Shown here piece after piece: positions 1 through 8,686 of a stretch of 32,000 nt of DNA. Position 1 is the stretch's first letter. The number at the start of each line of letters is the position of its first letter. The notes beneath the pieces were generated by a model that worked only from the letters and a program-made list of their open reading frames with translations, did no database searches and was not told the DNA's origin. Made by a program: the position numbers and the translations under genes. Origin of the DNA: Nitratidesulfovibrio vulgaris str. Hildenborough (GTDB lineage: Bacteria; Desulfobacterota; Desulfovibrionia; Desulfovibrionales; Desulfovibrionaceae); NCBI RefSeq assembly GCF_000195755.1, contig NC_005863.1, positions 60,001 through 92,000 of the forward strand, read 5' to 3'.

Positions 1-1230
1 GTCGACCGGGTGTGCACGGCGGGCTTCGCCCTCCATGCGCTGTCGTGCTGTCTGGCCCTGTGCGTGACCGGGGGGCTTGCGCTGTTCGCCGGTGTCTTCG
101 CCTCCGACCAGCTGCCCGTGGAGAGGCTGCGCCAGTGCCTTGTCATCTACAGCGTGTGCCTCTCGCTGTTCTTCCTGTTCAGGACGCACACCGGGCTGCT
201 CATGGCCGAGATGCGCTGGACGCTCATCGCCGTGCTGGCCATGCTGCGCAGCGCGTTCACCAGCCTTGCGGTGCTGCTCATGATCACGCCGGAGAACGGC
301 CTGTGGCTGCTGGCGGCGGTCAACGGCGGGGGCTTTCTGCTCGAAGGCGCGGCCTGCCTGCTCTTCGCACGGCGCAGCGGGAGGGGGCGCGTGCGTGTGG
401 CACTCTTCGACGCCGCCCTCGCGCGTGAGCTTCTCGGCTACGGCTGGGCCTTCACCGTGACGCAACTGGGCGAGTCGATGCGCTACCGGTCGCAGAACTA
501 CATCATCGCGCTGTTCTCGGGCGTGCGCGAGGTGGCCGTGTTCTCCATCGCCATGCAGTTCATCGGCTACTTCCTGAGCCTCATGCAGAGCGCCTTCGGC
601 ATCATGGTGCCGTACTTCAGCCGGATGCAGGCCCGCGGCGACCGGGACGACACCGCGGGTTCGCTGCTCTTCGCCCTGCGGCTGAGCTATGTGACGGCCT
701 CGTTCATCGGGCTGTGCCTCATCTTCTACGGGCAGGAGTTCATCGTGCTGTGGCTCGGCCCCGGATTCGCCGAAGCCCACGACGCCCTCGTGCCGCTGAC
801 CCTCGGGGCCGTGTTCTCGCTGGGGATGCTGCCCGCAGACGGCTACCTGCTGGGGACGGCCCGTCACCGGATGCTGGCCCGCTGCGCCATGGCGGAGGGC
901 GTCAGCATCGTACTGCTCTCGCTGGCGCTGGCGGGGCCCTTCGGCATGGAGGGCGTGGCATGGGCCTATTGCGGCGTGGCCCTCGTCTTTCGCGCCGGGG
1001 TGGTGCCGTGGTTCGTCTTCACGCAGGCGGGGCTTCCCCTTCTGGCCTACGCGCGCCTGCTGGCGGAGGTGGCGGTCACGCATGTGGCCCCGCAGGTGCT
1101 CCTGTACCTGATCATGCGGGGAACGCTCGGTACGGGCTACCTGCAACTGGCCCTTCTTGCGGGAATGCAGGGCGTGCTTGCCGTGGGCATCCAGTCATCC
1201 CTCCTGCGGTTCACGCGGGGTGCGGCCTGA
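1..1230 (+). CDS. Polysaccharide flippase, Wzx/MOP-family membrane protein (5' end outside the window)
   Basis: The reading frame is open from nt 1 and stops at TGA 1228-1230. The translation is a polytopic hydrophobic protein. The segment RYRSQNYIIALFSGVREVAVFSIAMQF..., followed by about 6 more helices, resembles the C-terminal half of oligosaccharide flippases. It lies at the head of a glycosyltransferase cluster. Confidence 0.7.
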   Translation, partial: VDRVCTAGFALHALSCCLALCVTGGLALFAGVFASDQLPVERLRQCLVIYSVCLSLFFLFRTHTGLLMAEMRWTLIAVLAMLRSAFTSLAVLLMITPENGLWLLAAVNGGGFLLEGAACLLFARRSGRGRVRVALFDAALARELLGYGWAFTVTQLGESMRYRSQNYIIALFSGVREVAVFSIAMQFIGYFLSLMQSAFGIMVPYFSRMQARGDRDDTAGSLLFALRLSYVTASFIGLCLIFYGQEFIVLWLGPGFAEAHDALVPLTLGAVFSLGMLPADGYLLGTARHRMLARCAMAEGVSIVLLSLALAGPFGMEGVAWAYCGVALVFRAGVVPWFVFTQAGLPLLAYARLLAEVAVTHVAPQVLLYLIMRGTLGTGYLQLALLAGMQGVLAVGIQSSLLRFTRGAA

Positions 1231-1251
1231 GGCCGCAAAGGAGACGTGACC

Positions 1252-2502
1252 ATGCTCGAAGGCCGCGACTTCATCGTGTTCTCCGACGACTGGGGGCGGC
1301 ACCCCTTCAGTTGCCAGCACATCATGCAGCACTTCATGCCCGGCAACCGGGTGCTGTGGGTGAACACCATCGGCATGAGGCTGCCGCGCCTTTCGCTGTA
1401 CGACATGCGCCGCGCGGCGGAGAAGCTGCGCTCGTGGGTCTTCCCCGTCCGTCAGGACGGTGCCGCGGCATCGCCCGACGGGTTGGGCGATGCCGTACCG
1501 GAAGGGCTGCGCGTCATCTCTCCGGTCATGGTCCCCTTCGCGCCCCTGCCCCCCGTGCGGGCCTTCAACCGGCGCAGCGTGGTGGACGCGGTGACGCGCA
1601 ACGCCCGCGAGATGGGCTTTCGCGACCCCGTGCTGCTGGCGACCGTGCCCAACGCGGCAGACTACGTGGGGCACTGCGGCGAATCGCTGGTGGTCTACTA
1701 CTGCGTGGACGAGTTCACCGTGTGGCCGGGCATGAACCTGCCCGACATGGTGCGCGACCTCGAAGCCGACCTCATGCGTTCCGCCGACCTCGTGGTCGCC
1801 GTGTCGGACGCCCTCGTCCGTGCCAAGGGCAACGGGCGCACCCCCACGCGCCTGCTGACCCACGGGGTGGACGTGGGACACTTCGCAAGGGCCGCCGCAC
1901 CGCAGCCACTGCCGGAAGCACTCTCCGACCTCCGTGGCCCGGTGGTGGGGTTCTTCGGCCTCATCGACAGTCATCTCGACGTGGACATCGTGGAACACAT
2001 CCTCACCGCCCGTCCGCAGTGGAACGTGGTGCTCATCGGCACGCGGCGCATCCCGCTGACGCGCCTCGAACGCCATGCCAACTTCCGGTGGCTGCCGCCC
2101 GTGCCCTATGCGGACCTGCCGCGCTACGCCTACCGCTTCGACGTGGCCGTCATCCCCTATGTGGTGAACGAGCACACCTGCACCGCCAATCCGCTGAAGC
2201 TCAAGGAGTACATGGCGACGGGCAGGCCCGTGGTCACCACCCCCATGCCCGAGGCGCTGCGCTATGCCGCGTGCCTGCATGTGGCCACGGACGGTGCGGG
2301 CTTCGTGGACGCCATCGACCGCGAACTCGCCGCCCCGTCCGATGCCGCCCCGCGCCGTGCGGCGCTGGAGGGCGAGACATGGCGCGACAAGGCGGCCCTG
2401 CTGTCGGCGTGGATCGAAGAGGGGCTTGCGGCCCGCAACGCGGAGGGTACGCCGCAGGGTGGGGCGGGGGGCCGGGATGGCACGGCGGGAGGTCGCGCAT
2501 GA
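1252..2502 (+). CDS. GT-B fold glycosyltransferase (TuaH-like, GT1/GT4)
   Basis: ATG 1252 lies 8 nt after AAAGGAG (1237-1243). The GTG at 1246 used by the ORF track is too close to this SD. The N-terminus DFIVFSDDWGRHPFSCQH and the C-terminal NPLKLKEYMATGRPVVTTP are typical of this glycosyltransferase group. Confidence 0.75.
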   Translation: MLEGRDFIVFSDDWGRHPFSCQHIMQHFMPGNRVLWVNTIGMRLPRLSLYDMRRAAEKLRSWVFPVRQDGAAASPDGLGDAVPEGLRVISPVMVPFAPLPPVRAFNRRSVVDAVTRNAREMGFRDPVLLATVPNAADYVGHCGESLVVYYCVDEFTVWPGMNLPDMVRDLEADLMRSADLVVAVSDALVRAKGNGRTPTRLLTHGVDVGHFARAAAPQPLPEALSDLRGPVVGFFGLIDSHLDVDIVEHILTARPQWNVVLIGTRRIPLTRLERHANFRWLPPVPYADLPRYAYRFDVAVIPYVVNEHTCTANPLKLKEYMATGRPVVTTPMPEALRYAACLHVATDGAGFVDAIDRELAAPSDAAPRRAALEGETWRDKAALLSAWIEEGLAARNAEGTPQGGAGGRDGTAGGRA

Positions 2503-3887
2503 GACGCCCGCGCGTGTGCATGTTGCTGGCCACCGACAGGCTTGGCGGCCCGGGCAAGGGTCTCGTGCAGTTCTTGCGGCACGGGGGGCTGGCGGGTTGC
2601 TCGCCCGTGGTGGTGGCCTACGAGGCGGGCGAACCCGGAGAGACGGAGTTCACGCGGGCCGTGCGCGACACGGGGGCCGACCTGCGCATCCTGCGGCAGC
2701 GCGGCGCGTTCGATGTCTCGCTCATCCCGCAGGCCCTGCGCGTGGTGCGGGATGAAGGCTGCGAGGTGTTGCAGTCGCACGGCTACAAGAGTCACGCGGT
2801 ATGCGCCTGCCTGCACGCCATGACGGGTCTGCCGTGGGTGGCCTTCGTGCATGGCTGGACGGCCGAGAACGTCAGGGTCCGCGCCTACAGGGTGCTTGAG
2901 CAGGCGCTGTTGCCGCTGGCGACGCGGGTCGTCGCCGTGTCGGACGCGCTGGGCCGCAGCGTGTGGCCTGCGGCGCGTCGGCGCATGGTGGTCATCCCCA
3001 ACGCCATCGACCCCGCCGAGGCCCTGCGCGACGGAGACGTGCCAGCCACCGGGCCGCACTCCGGGGCGCATCCGGACGCCTTCGCACAGGTACCACAGGT
3101 ACCGGGGGGGGCCTCGCAGCCCGAAGCGGGCGACCCCGCCGAGGCCCTGCGCGACGGAGACGTGCCAGCCACCGGCCTGTATGCGAGCCCCGATGCGAGC
3201 CCCGATGCGAGCCCCGATGCGAGCCCCGATGCGAGCCCGGATGCTAACCATGACACGGGTTCAGACGCAGGCAAGGGCGACCTGCGCGCCGCCTTCGGCA
3301 TCGCCGCCGACGCTCTCGTCGCCGGTGTCGTGGGGAGACTCAGCCCCGAGAAGGGGCACATCCATTTCCTGCGGGCGCTGGCCCGTGCGCGGCAGACCGA
3401 ACCACGCCTTGTGGGGCTGCTGGCTGGCGACGGCCCCGGTGCCGACATGCTGCGCCGCGAAGCGGACATGCTGGGCCTTGCCCATGCCGTGACCTTTGCG
3501 GGCCATGTGTCGCGCGTCGCCCGTGTCTACCGTGCGCTGGACGTGGCCGTGCTGCCCTCCCTCAGCGAGGGGATGCCCAACGCCGCCCTCGAGGCCATGC
3601 TGCACGGCCTGCCCGTGGTGGCAAGCCATGTGGGGGGCGTGCCGGAGGTGGTGCGCGACGGCGAGACGGGCCTTCTCGTGCCGCCGGGCGATGAGGCGCA
3701 GCTTGCCGCCGCGCTGGTCGCCCTGTGCGCCGACGTGGAACGCAGGAAGGTACTCGGGGCGCGCGGGCGTGAGCGTGTGCTCGGGCATTTTGCGCCGCAC
3801 CAGCGGGCCGAGAGGATTCTGGGACTCTATCATGAACTGCTGCAACCGCTTGCCGGAGAAGGACAACGCCATGCGAAGCTGGGCTGA
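2499..3887 (+). CDS. GT4-family glycosyltransferase with an internal repeat-rich insertion
   Basis: ATG 2499 overlaps the upstream stop (ATGA). The C-terminal half carries the GT4 signature GRLSPEKGH...[46 protein letters not shown]. The ORF-track entry 714..3887 is the same frame extended upstream through non-protein-like sequence. Confidence 0.85.
   Translation: MRRPRVCMLLATDRLGGPGKGLVQFLRHGGLAGCSPVVVAYEAGEPGETEFTRAVRDTGADLRILRQRGAFDVSLIPQALRVVRDEGCEVLQSHGYKSHAVCACLHAMTGLPWVAFVHGWTAENVRVRAYRVLEQALLPLATRVVAVSDALGRSVWPAARRRMVVIPNAIDPAEALRDGDVPATGPHSGAHPDAFAQVPQVPGGASQPEAGDPAEALRDGDVPATGLYASPDASPDASPDASPDASPDANHDTGSDAGKGDLRAAFGIAADALVAGVVGRLSPEKGHIHFLRALARARQTEPRLVGLLAGDGPGADMLRREADMLGLAHAVTFAGHVSRVARVYRALDVAVLPSLSEGMPNAALEAMLHGLPVVASHVGGVPEVVRDGETGLLVPPGDEAQLAAALVALCADVERRKVLGARGRERVLGHFAPHQRAERILGLYHELLQPLAGEGQRHAKLG
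3009..3175. repeat. 44-bp perfect direct repeat (3009-3052 and 3132-3175) spaced 123 bp apart inside the GT4 gene
   Basis: GACCCCGCCGAGGCCCTGCGCGACGGAGACGTGCCAGCCACCGG occurs twice. It encodes [15 protein letters not shown] both times. The 123-bp spacing equals 41 codons. Confidence 0.9.
3181..3240. repeat. 12-nt tandem repeat x5 (ATGCGAGCCCCG), encodes (ASPD)n
   Basis: I counted four perfect units and one variant unit, in frame within the GT4 gene. Confidence 0.95.
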
Positions 3888-4737
3888 ATTCAAGGTCGCC
3901 ATACGCAAGCGCGAGACGCCGTTCCACGCCTTCCTCTACGACGTGGCGAAGGCGCTGTTCGGCATCTCCGTGCCCGTGGTGCCGGGCTTGCACGCCTTTC
4001 TCTACAACGAATGGGCCACACGCACCTCGACGTGGCACAACTTCTGGCGCGTCGTCTATTACGAGCCGATGTTCAAGTCGCAATGCGCCCATGTGGGTAA
4101 GGGTTTTCGCATGTGGTACGCCGGAAACGGCACCACGCGCATCCTCGGCAAGCTCGCCATACACCTCGACGATGACGTGAGCATCTTCGACAACGTGTCC
4201 TTCGTCGGCCTTACAGTGTGCGAGAACCCTGAACTGCATATCGGAGAGGGAACCTACATCGCGCCTCGCGTGCGTTTCATGGTGGCGAAGAGCGTTCGCA
4301 TAGGGCGTCACAGTCTGGTTGGCTGCCACATGATCTTCGACAACTCCGGGCACCCCATCACCGACGCGCGGGCGCGCATGATGCGCGGGGGCGGACACCC
4401 TTCGGTGAAGGGGGTGAAGCCCGTCACCATCGGCGACCTGTGCTTCCTTGGCGAGGGCAGCTACGTCTACCCCGGCACCACGGTGGGGGATGGCGTGGTG
4501 GCGAAGGTGGGCACGCACATCATGGGCGACATCCCGCCCTTCTGCCTCATCGAGGGCAACCCCTGCCGCATCGTGGGCAAGCTGCCCATCAACGACGACC
4601 TCGCGGAGGTCTTCGGGCCCGAGAGGGTGGAGGCGTGGCGTGCGGCGCAGGCTTCGGTGGTGGTGGACGCCCCGCGACCGGGTGTGCCCGGTAGCGCGAG
4701 GGGTAACGGGACGGGCGAGGGGCAGTGTGATGGATAG
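3871..4737 (+). CDS. Left-handed beta-helix (hexapeptide-repeat) acetyltransferase, WcaF-like
   Basis: ATG 3871 ([13 protein letters not shown]...) overlaps the upstream gene by 17 nt. Hexapeptide-like repeats are visible: IGEGTYIAPRVRF..., IGRHSLVGCHMIFDNSGH, IGDLCFLGEGSYVYPGTTVGDGVVAKVGTHI. Confidence 0.75.
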   Translation: MRSWAEFKVAIRKRETPFHAFLYDVAKALFGISVPVVPGLHAFLYNEWATRTSTWHNFWRVVYYEPMFKSQCAHVGKGFRMWYAGNGTTRILGKLAIHLDDDVSIFDNVSFVGLTVCENPELHIGEGTYIAPRVRFMVAKSVRIGRHSLVGCHMIFDNSGHPITDARARMMRGGGHPSVKGVKPVTIGDLCFLGEGSYVYPGTTVGDGVVAKVGTHIMGDIPPFCLIEGNPCRIVGKLPINDDLAEVFGPERVEAWRAAQASVVVDAPRPGVPGSARGNGTGEGQCDG

Positions 4738-4828
4738 GGGGGCGTCGTGTCCGCACGGCGAGATACCGGGGCCCGGTACTGTACCCGGCGGCATCGCCGG
4801 GTGGTGTGCCGCCCGATGGCAGGGGGCC

Positions 4829-4900
4829 GACAGCCATGGTGACAGACATGGCGACAGGCATGATGACAGCCATGGCGGCGGACATGACAGTAGGCATGGC
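4829..4900. repeat. Degenerate 12-nt tandem repeat x6 (GACAGNCATGGY) between the two acetyltransferase genes
   Basis: The units are GACAGCCATGGT, GACAGACATGGC, GACAGGCATGAT, GACAGCCATGGC, GGCGGACATGAC and AGTAGGCATGGC. Confidence 0.85.
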
Positions 4901-4966
4901 GAAAGGCGCGAGGGACAGGGCGCGAAGGCCCGCCGGCGCAGCCGACCCGGGAGGAGGAGACGTGCA

Positions 4967-5575
4967 ATGAGGTCGTTCGTTCGTGACATGGCGCGGGGTG
5001 TGGCCCTTCTGGCGGCTGTGCCGTTCTATCTGCTGCACAGGGTCGAGTCGCTCGTCCTCGGGCGCGAACGGTCGTTCATGGGCCTGTCGCAACTTCTCGC
5101 GCTGGTTCCCGGCATCTATGGCGTGTGGCTGCGGGCGGCCTTCTACAGGCTGGCCCTGCGCAGTTGCCCGCAGTCGTGCGCCATCGAGTTCATGACCACC
5201 TTCGTCACCCCGGAGGCGGTACTCGGACGCAACGTCTACATCGGGTCGCACTGCAACATCGGGCTTGCCGACATCGGCGACGACTGCCTCATCGGGTCGC
5301 ATGTGCTGGTCACCAGCGGACGCAACGTCCATCACTTCGACGATGTGGAGACGCCCATCCGGTTGCAGGGCGGCGAGCGCGAGACGACGCGCATCGGGCG
5401 CGACTGCTGGATTGGCAACGGCGCGGTGGTCATGGCCGATGTGGGCGAGGGCTGCGTGGTGGCCGCCGGTGGCGTGGTCGTGTCGCCCCTGCCGCCGTAC
5501 AGCGTCGCCGCCGGGGTGCCCGCCCGCGTCATCCGCAAGCGTGGCGAACCCCGTGACGAGGGAGGCACGCCATGA
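4967..5575 (+). CDS. Hexapeptide-repeat O-acyltransferase with an N-terminal membrane anchor
   Basis: ATG 4967 is preceded by GGAGGAGGA (4951-4959). The sequence has an N-terminal hydrophobic segment followed by IGSHCNIGLADIGDDCLIGSHVLVTSG...IGRDCWIGNGAVVMADVGEGCVVAAGGVV. An alternative in-frame ATG at 4730 would add a His/Asp-rich repeat extension. Confidence 0.8.
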   Translation: MRSFVRDMARGVALLAAVPFYLLHRVESLVLGRERSFMGLSQLLALVPGIYGVWLRAAFYRLALRSCPQSCAIEFMTTFVTPEAVLGRNVYIGSHCNIGLADIGDDCLIGSHVLVTSGRNVHHFDDVETPIRLQGGERETTRIGRDCWIGNGAVVMADVGEGCVVAAGGVVVSPLPPYSVAAGVPARVIRKRGEPRDEGGTP

Positions 5576-6972
5576 GACCGCACGTCATGCAGCTCATCTT
5601 CAGGCTGGCCCCCGGAGGGGCCGAACGTCTGGCCCTCACCACCCTCGACAAGGCGGGAAGCATGATTCGCGGGTCGGTGTGCGGGCTTTTCGGGCACACG
5701 GGGCCGCTGGTGGCTGAACTCGAGCAGCGGCGCATACCGTGGTTCGGGCTGGACGTCATCGGACGCAGCAGACTGCCGGGCATCATGCGGCTGGCGGCGT
5801 TGCTGCGAAGGCAGCGGGTGGACGTGCTGCACGTGCAGGCGGCCTACCTGCTGCAATGGGCCGCGCCTGCGGCGTGGCTCACCGGCACGCGGCTGGTGTA
5901 CACCGAGCACTCTTCGCACACCTTCGAGACGCAACCGCGCATGGCGCGCCTTGTGCGGTGGATGGCCCCCTTCCTTGGCGGCATGTCGTGCGTCACCGAA
6001 CGCCTGCGCCGTTACATGACCGACCGGATGGGCATCGCCCCGCACCGGGTGCGGCTCATCCGCAACGGCGTGGACGTGGAACGCTTCTCGCCCCACGGCC
6101 CGGTGGCCCCCCTGCCGGACGGGTGGGCCCATGCCGCCGCCCCGGCCTCTGCCGACCATGGCGACCATGGCGACGGGGCCGGAGATGCCGCCAGCACTGG
6201 CCCCGCGGCCCCTGCGCGCCGTCCGGACGGGGCCGCCAGTGGCGACAGTGGCGACAGGGTCGTCATCGGCAACGTGGCCCGCTTCTGCGAGGCCAAGGAC
6301 CACCCCGGCCTGCTGCGCGCCTTCCACGACGTGCAGTCCACCCATCCCGCGGCCCGTCTGCTGCTGGTGGGCGACGGCGAGACCCGCCCGCAGGCCGAGG
6401 CCCTGCGCGACGCCCTCGCCCTTGGCGGCACCGTGCACTTCGCCGGAACGCGGCAGGACGTGCCCGCCCTGTTGCGGGCCATGACGGTGTTCGTGCTCTC
6501 GTCGCGGCATGAGGGGATGCCCGTGGCCGTGCTCGAAGCCATGGCCTGCGGTGTTCCGGTGGTGACCACCGACGTGGGCGGCATCGGTGAACTGGTGCGC
6601 GACGGCGAGACGGCCCGCATCGTGCCCCCCGGCGACCCGCAGGCCCTTGCCGACGCCCTGCGCTGGATGCTCGACCACCCCGCAGAACGCATGGCCATGC
6701 GCGACCGCGCCCTTGCCATGGTGCGCGCGCGGTGCGGGCATGATGTCATGGTGCGTGGCTATCTCGACCTGTATGGCGTCGCCGATGCGTCTTCCTTCGC
6801 GCTGCCCCGCACGGGCTACGCCACCGTCTCGCCCGCGTCCGCGTCCGTTTCCGCATCCCGCATATCCGAACCCGCCCCCCGTACATCCGAATCCACATCC
6901 CGTACGTCAGAATCCACACCCCGTACATCCGGCCCGACGGCCCCATCCCCAGACCGGAGGAATCGCCCGTGA
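5572..6972 (+). CDS. GT4-family glycosyltransferase with an internal low-complexity insertion and a repeat tail
   Basis: ATG 5572 overlaps the upstream stop (ATGA). The N-terminus is MQLIFRLAPGGAERL. The C-terminal half carries SSRHEGMPVAVLEAMACGVPVVTTDVGGIGELVRDGETARIVPPGD. Confidence 0.85.
   Translation: MRPHVMQLIFRLAPGGAERLALTTLDKAGSMIRGSVCGLFGHTGPLVAELEQRRIPWFGLDVIGRSRLPGIMRLAALLRRQRVDVLHVQAAYLLQWAAPAAWLTGTRLVYTEHSSHTFETQPRMARLVRWMAPFLGGMSCVTERLRRYMTDRMGIAPHRVRLIRNGVDVERFSPHGPVAPLPDGWAHAAAPASADHGDHGDGAGDAASTGPAAPARRPDGAASGDSGDRVVIGNVARFCEAKDHPGLLRAFHDVQSTHPAARLLLVGDGETRPQAEALRDALALGGTVHFAGTRQDVPALLRAMTVFVLSSRHEGMPVAVLEAMACGVPVVTTDVGGIGELVRDGETARIVPPGDPQALADALRWMLDHPAERMAMRDRALAMVRARCGHDVMVRGYLDLYGVADASSFALPRTGYATVSPASASVSASRISEPAPRTSESTSRTSESTPRTSGPTAPSPDRRNRP
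6877..6939. repeat. 21-nt tandem repeat x3, encodes PRTSEST/SRTSEST/PRTSGPT at the C-terminus of the second GT4 gene
   Basis: A codon-by-codon reading of 6877-6939 shows the three units. Confidence 0.85.
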
Positions 6973-7922
6973 CCCTAGCCGCCACCTTCAGGCAGCAGCC
7001 GCTGCACCTTCTGCCCGTCATCGCCATGTTCGCGGTGACGTACCATGCCATCGTCATGCGCATGGTGGGCGACTGGAACTTCGACCCCAACTATTCGCAC
7101 GGCTTTCTCGTGCCGTGTCTCGCGCTGTGGTTCGCGTGGATGCGCTGGCCCGAGTTGCGCGAGGCCGAGGTGCGGCCCTCGGCGTGGGGGCTTGGCCTGC
7201 TGGCTGCCGGTCTCTGTCTGCTGGTGCTCGGGTCTGTGCTCATCGAACTCTTCACCTCGCGCGCCTCGCTGGTGGTGCTGATGATGGGCACGGTGCTCTT
7301 CCTCTACGGGCGCGATGCCTTTCGCATCCTGCTGTTCCCGCTGGCGTACCTGCTGTTCATGATACCGCTGCCGTACACCGTCTACGACGCCCTCGCCCTG
7401 CCGCTGAAGGGGCTCGTCTCCTTCGCTGCCACGGGGGGCATCAAGCTTCTGGGGCTGCCCGTGCTGCGTGAGGGCAATGTCATCATCTTTCCCAACATCA
7501 CGCTGGAGGTGGTGGATGCGTGCAGCGGGCTGCGTTCCATCATGAGCCTTGCGGCACTGGGCACGGCCTTCGCCTTTCTCTTCCTGCCCGCCGGGTGGCG
7601 ACGCTGGACGCTGGTGCTCGCCACCGTACCCATCGCCGTGGCCACCAACACGTTGCGGGTCTTCGTCACCGGGGTGCTGTCGTGGTACATCGGCAAGGAC
7701 GCCGCCAGAGGTTTCTTCCATGATTTCGAAGGGCTCGTGGTGTTCGCGGTGGCCATGGCGCTGACGGCGGCGCTCGGCTTCGTGCTCGCCCGCGTGGGCA
7801 GGGCCTCCGCCAGACCGGACGCCAGACCGGACGCTGGGCCGGACGCTGGGCCGGACGCGGGGCCGGACGCTGGGCCCGGAACAGGTACGGGCGGCACGGG
7901 AGGAGGCGCACATGTGGGCTAG
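6969..7922 (+). CDS. xrtA: Exosortase (EpsH family; XrtA subtype inferred from context)
   Basis: The GTG 6969 start lies 8 nt after GGAGG (6956-6960) and overlaps the upstream stop. Exosortase hallmarks are present: DPNYSHGFLVP near the N-terminus, the catalytic-Cys motif LEVVDACSGLRSIMS, NTLRVF, and about 8 TM helices. The subtype is inferred from the adjacent EpsI, PrsR/PrsK, FemAB-like and PLP-decarboxylase genes. Confidence 0.9.
   Translation: MTLAATFRQQPLHLLPVIAMFAVTYHAIVMRMVGDWNFDPNYSHGFLVPCLALWFAWMRWPELREAEVRPSAWGLGLLAAGLCLLVLGSVLIELFTSRASLVVLMMGTVLFLYGRDAFRILLFPLAYLLFMIPLPYTVYDALALPLKGLVSFAATGGIKLLGLPVLREGNVIIFPNITLEVVDACSGLRSIMSLAALGTAFAFLFLPAGWRRWTLVLATVPIAVATNTLRVFVTGVLSWYIGKDAARGFFHDFEGLVVFAVAMALTAALGFVLARVGRASARPDARPDAGPDAGPDAGPDAGPGTGTGGTGGGAHVG
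7809..7880. repeat. 12-nt tandem repeat x6 (GCNNGRCCGGAC), encodes (A-R/G-P-D)n at the exosortase C-terminus
   Basis: I indexed the units at 7809, 7821, 7833, 7845, 7857 and 7869. Confidence 0.95.
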
Positions 7923-8532
7923 GGTTCTCATCATCGTCGCGTTCCTCGCCGTGGGGGCCTATTTCGGGCAGGGCCGCGTGGAGTCCGCCGTGCTGACGCA
8001 GCGCGCGCTGGACGACTTCCCGGCGTCCGTGGGGCCATGGCGCAGTGCAGGGCAGGTCTTCTTCGACGGCAGGACGCTGTCGGTGCTGCGCCCCACCGAC
8101 TACCTCTACCGCCTCTACACCGACGGCGAGCACCGCATCGGCCTGTACGTGGGTTTCCACGGGGGCGGCGAGGGCGCAGGGCCCATCCATTCGCCGCGCA
8201 ACTGCCTGCCGAGTTCGGGGTGGGCGATGCTGGACGAGACCCGACGCGACCTTCAGACCCCGCAGGGCCCGGTGCGCCTCGTGCGGGCCACCTTCGCCAA
8301 GGGCGACGAGGGCAGCGTGTACTACTACTGGTATCAGGTCAGGGGCGCGACCATGGCGGGCGACCTCGAACTGAAGCTGGCAGAATTGCGGAACGCCTTC
8401 CTGCATGCACGGCGCGACGCCGCGTTCATCAGGCTCGATGTGCCGCTGGCGCAGGCCGCAGGCGCGGACGAGGCGGTGGCGGACTTCGTGACCCGGCTGT
8501 ACCCGCTGCTGCTGGACTACCTGCCCCGCTAG
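7912..8532 (+). CDS. epsI: EpsI-family exosortase-associated protein
   Basis: ATG 7912 follows GGGAGGAGG and overlaps the exosortase gene by 11 nt. It has an N-terminal signal anchor (ARVLIIVAFLAVGAYF). The motifs LRPTDYLYRLY, IGLYVGFH...IHSPRNCLPSSGW and YYYWYQVRG are typical of EpsI. Confidence 0.85.
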   Translation: MWARVLIIVAFLAVGAYFGQGRVESAVLTQRALDDFPASVGPWRSAGQVFFDGRTLSVLRPTDYLYRLYTDGEHRIGLYVGFHGGGEGAGPIHSPRNCLPSSGWAMLDETRRDLQTPQGPVRLVRATFAKGDEGSVYYYWYQVRGATMAGDLELKLAELRNAFLHARRDAAFIRLDVPLAQAAGADEAVADFVTRLYPLLLDYLPR

Positions 8533-8686
8533 GGCGGGGCGCGCGGCGGACGGCGATGCGAGGACACGACATGCGGGCGCGACGCGGAAGACGCCATGTG
8601 AAAGGCACGATGTGCCCGACGGGACAGGGAACGCGCGACGGGAACTGCGGGACGCAACGACAGGACGCAGGACGCAAGGAGAAGCC

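Noticed and set aside
714-2498. The upstream 595 codons of the 1057-aa ORF 714..3887, together with other very long alternate-frame or antisense ORFs (1195..2280-, 2262..3251-, 3562..4989-, 5332..6741-, 13358..15565-, 18434..19945-, 21071..22876-, 12275..12937+, 16167..17183+).
   Set aside because: The translations are Arg/Pro/Gly/Ala/His-rich with no recognisable motifs. They overlap frames that carry clear family signatures. This is the typical stop-codon-poor artefact of roughly 68% G+C DNA.
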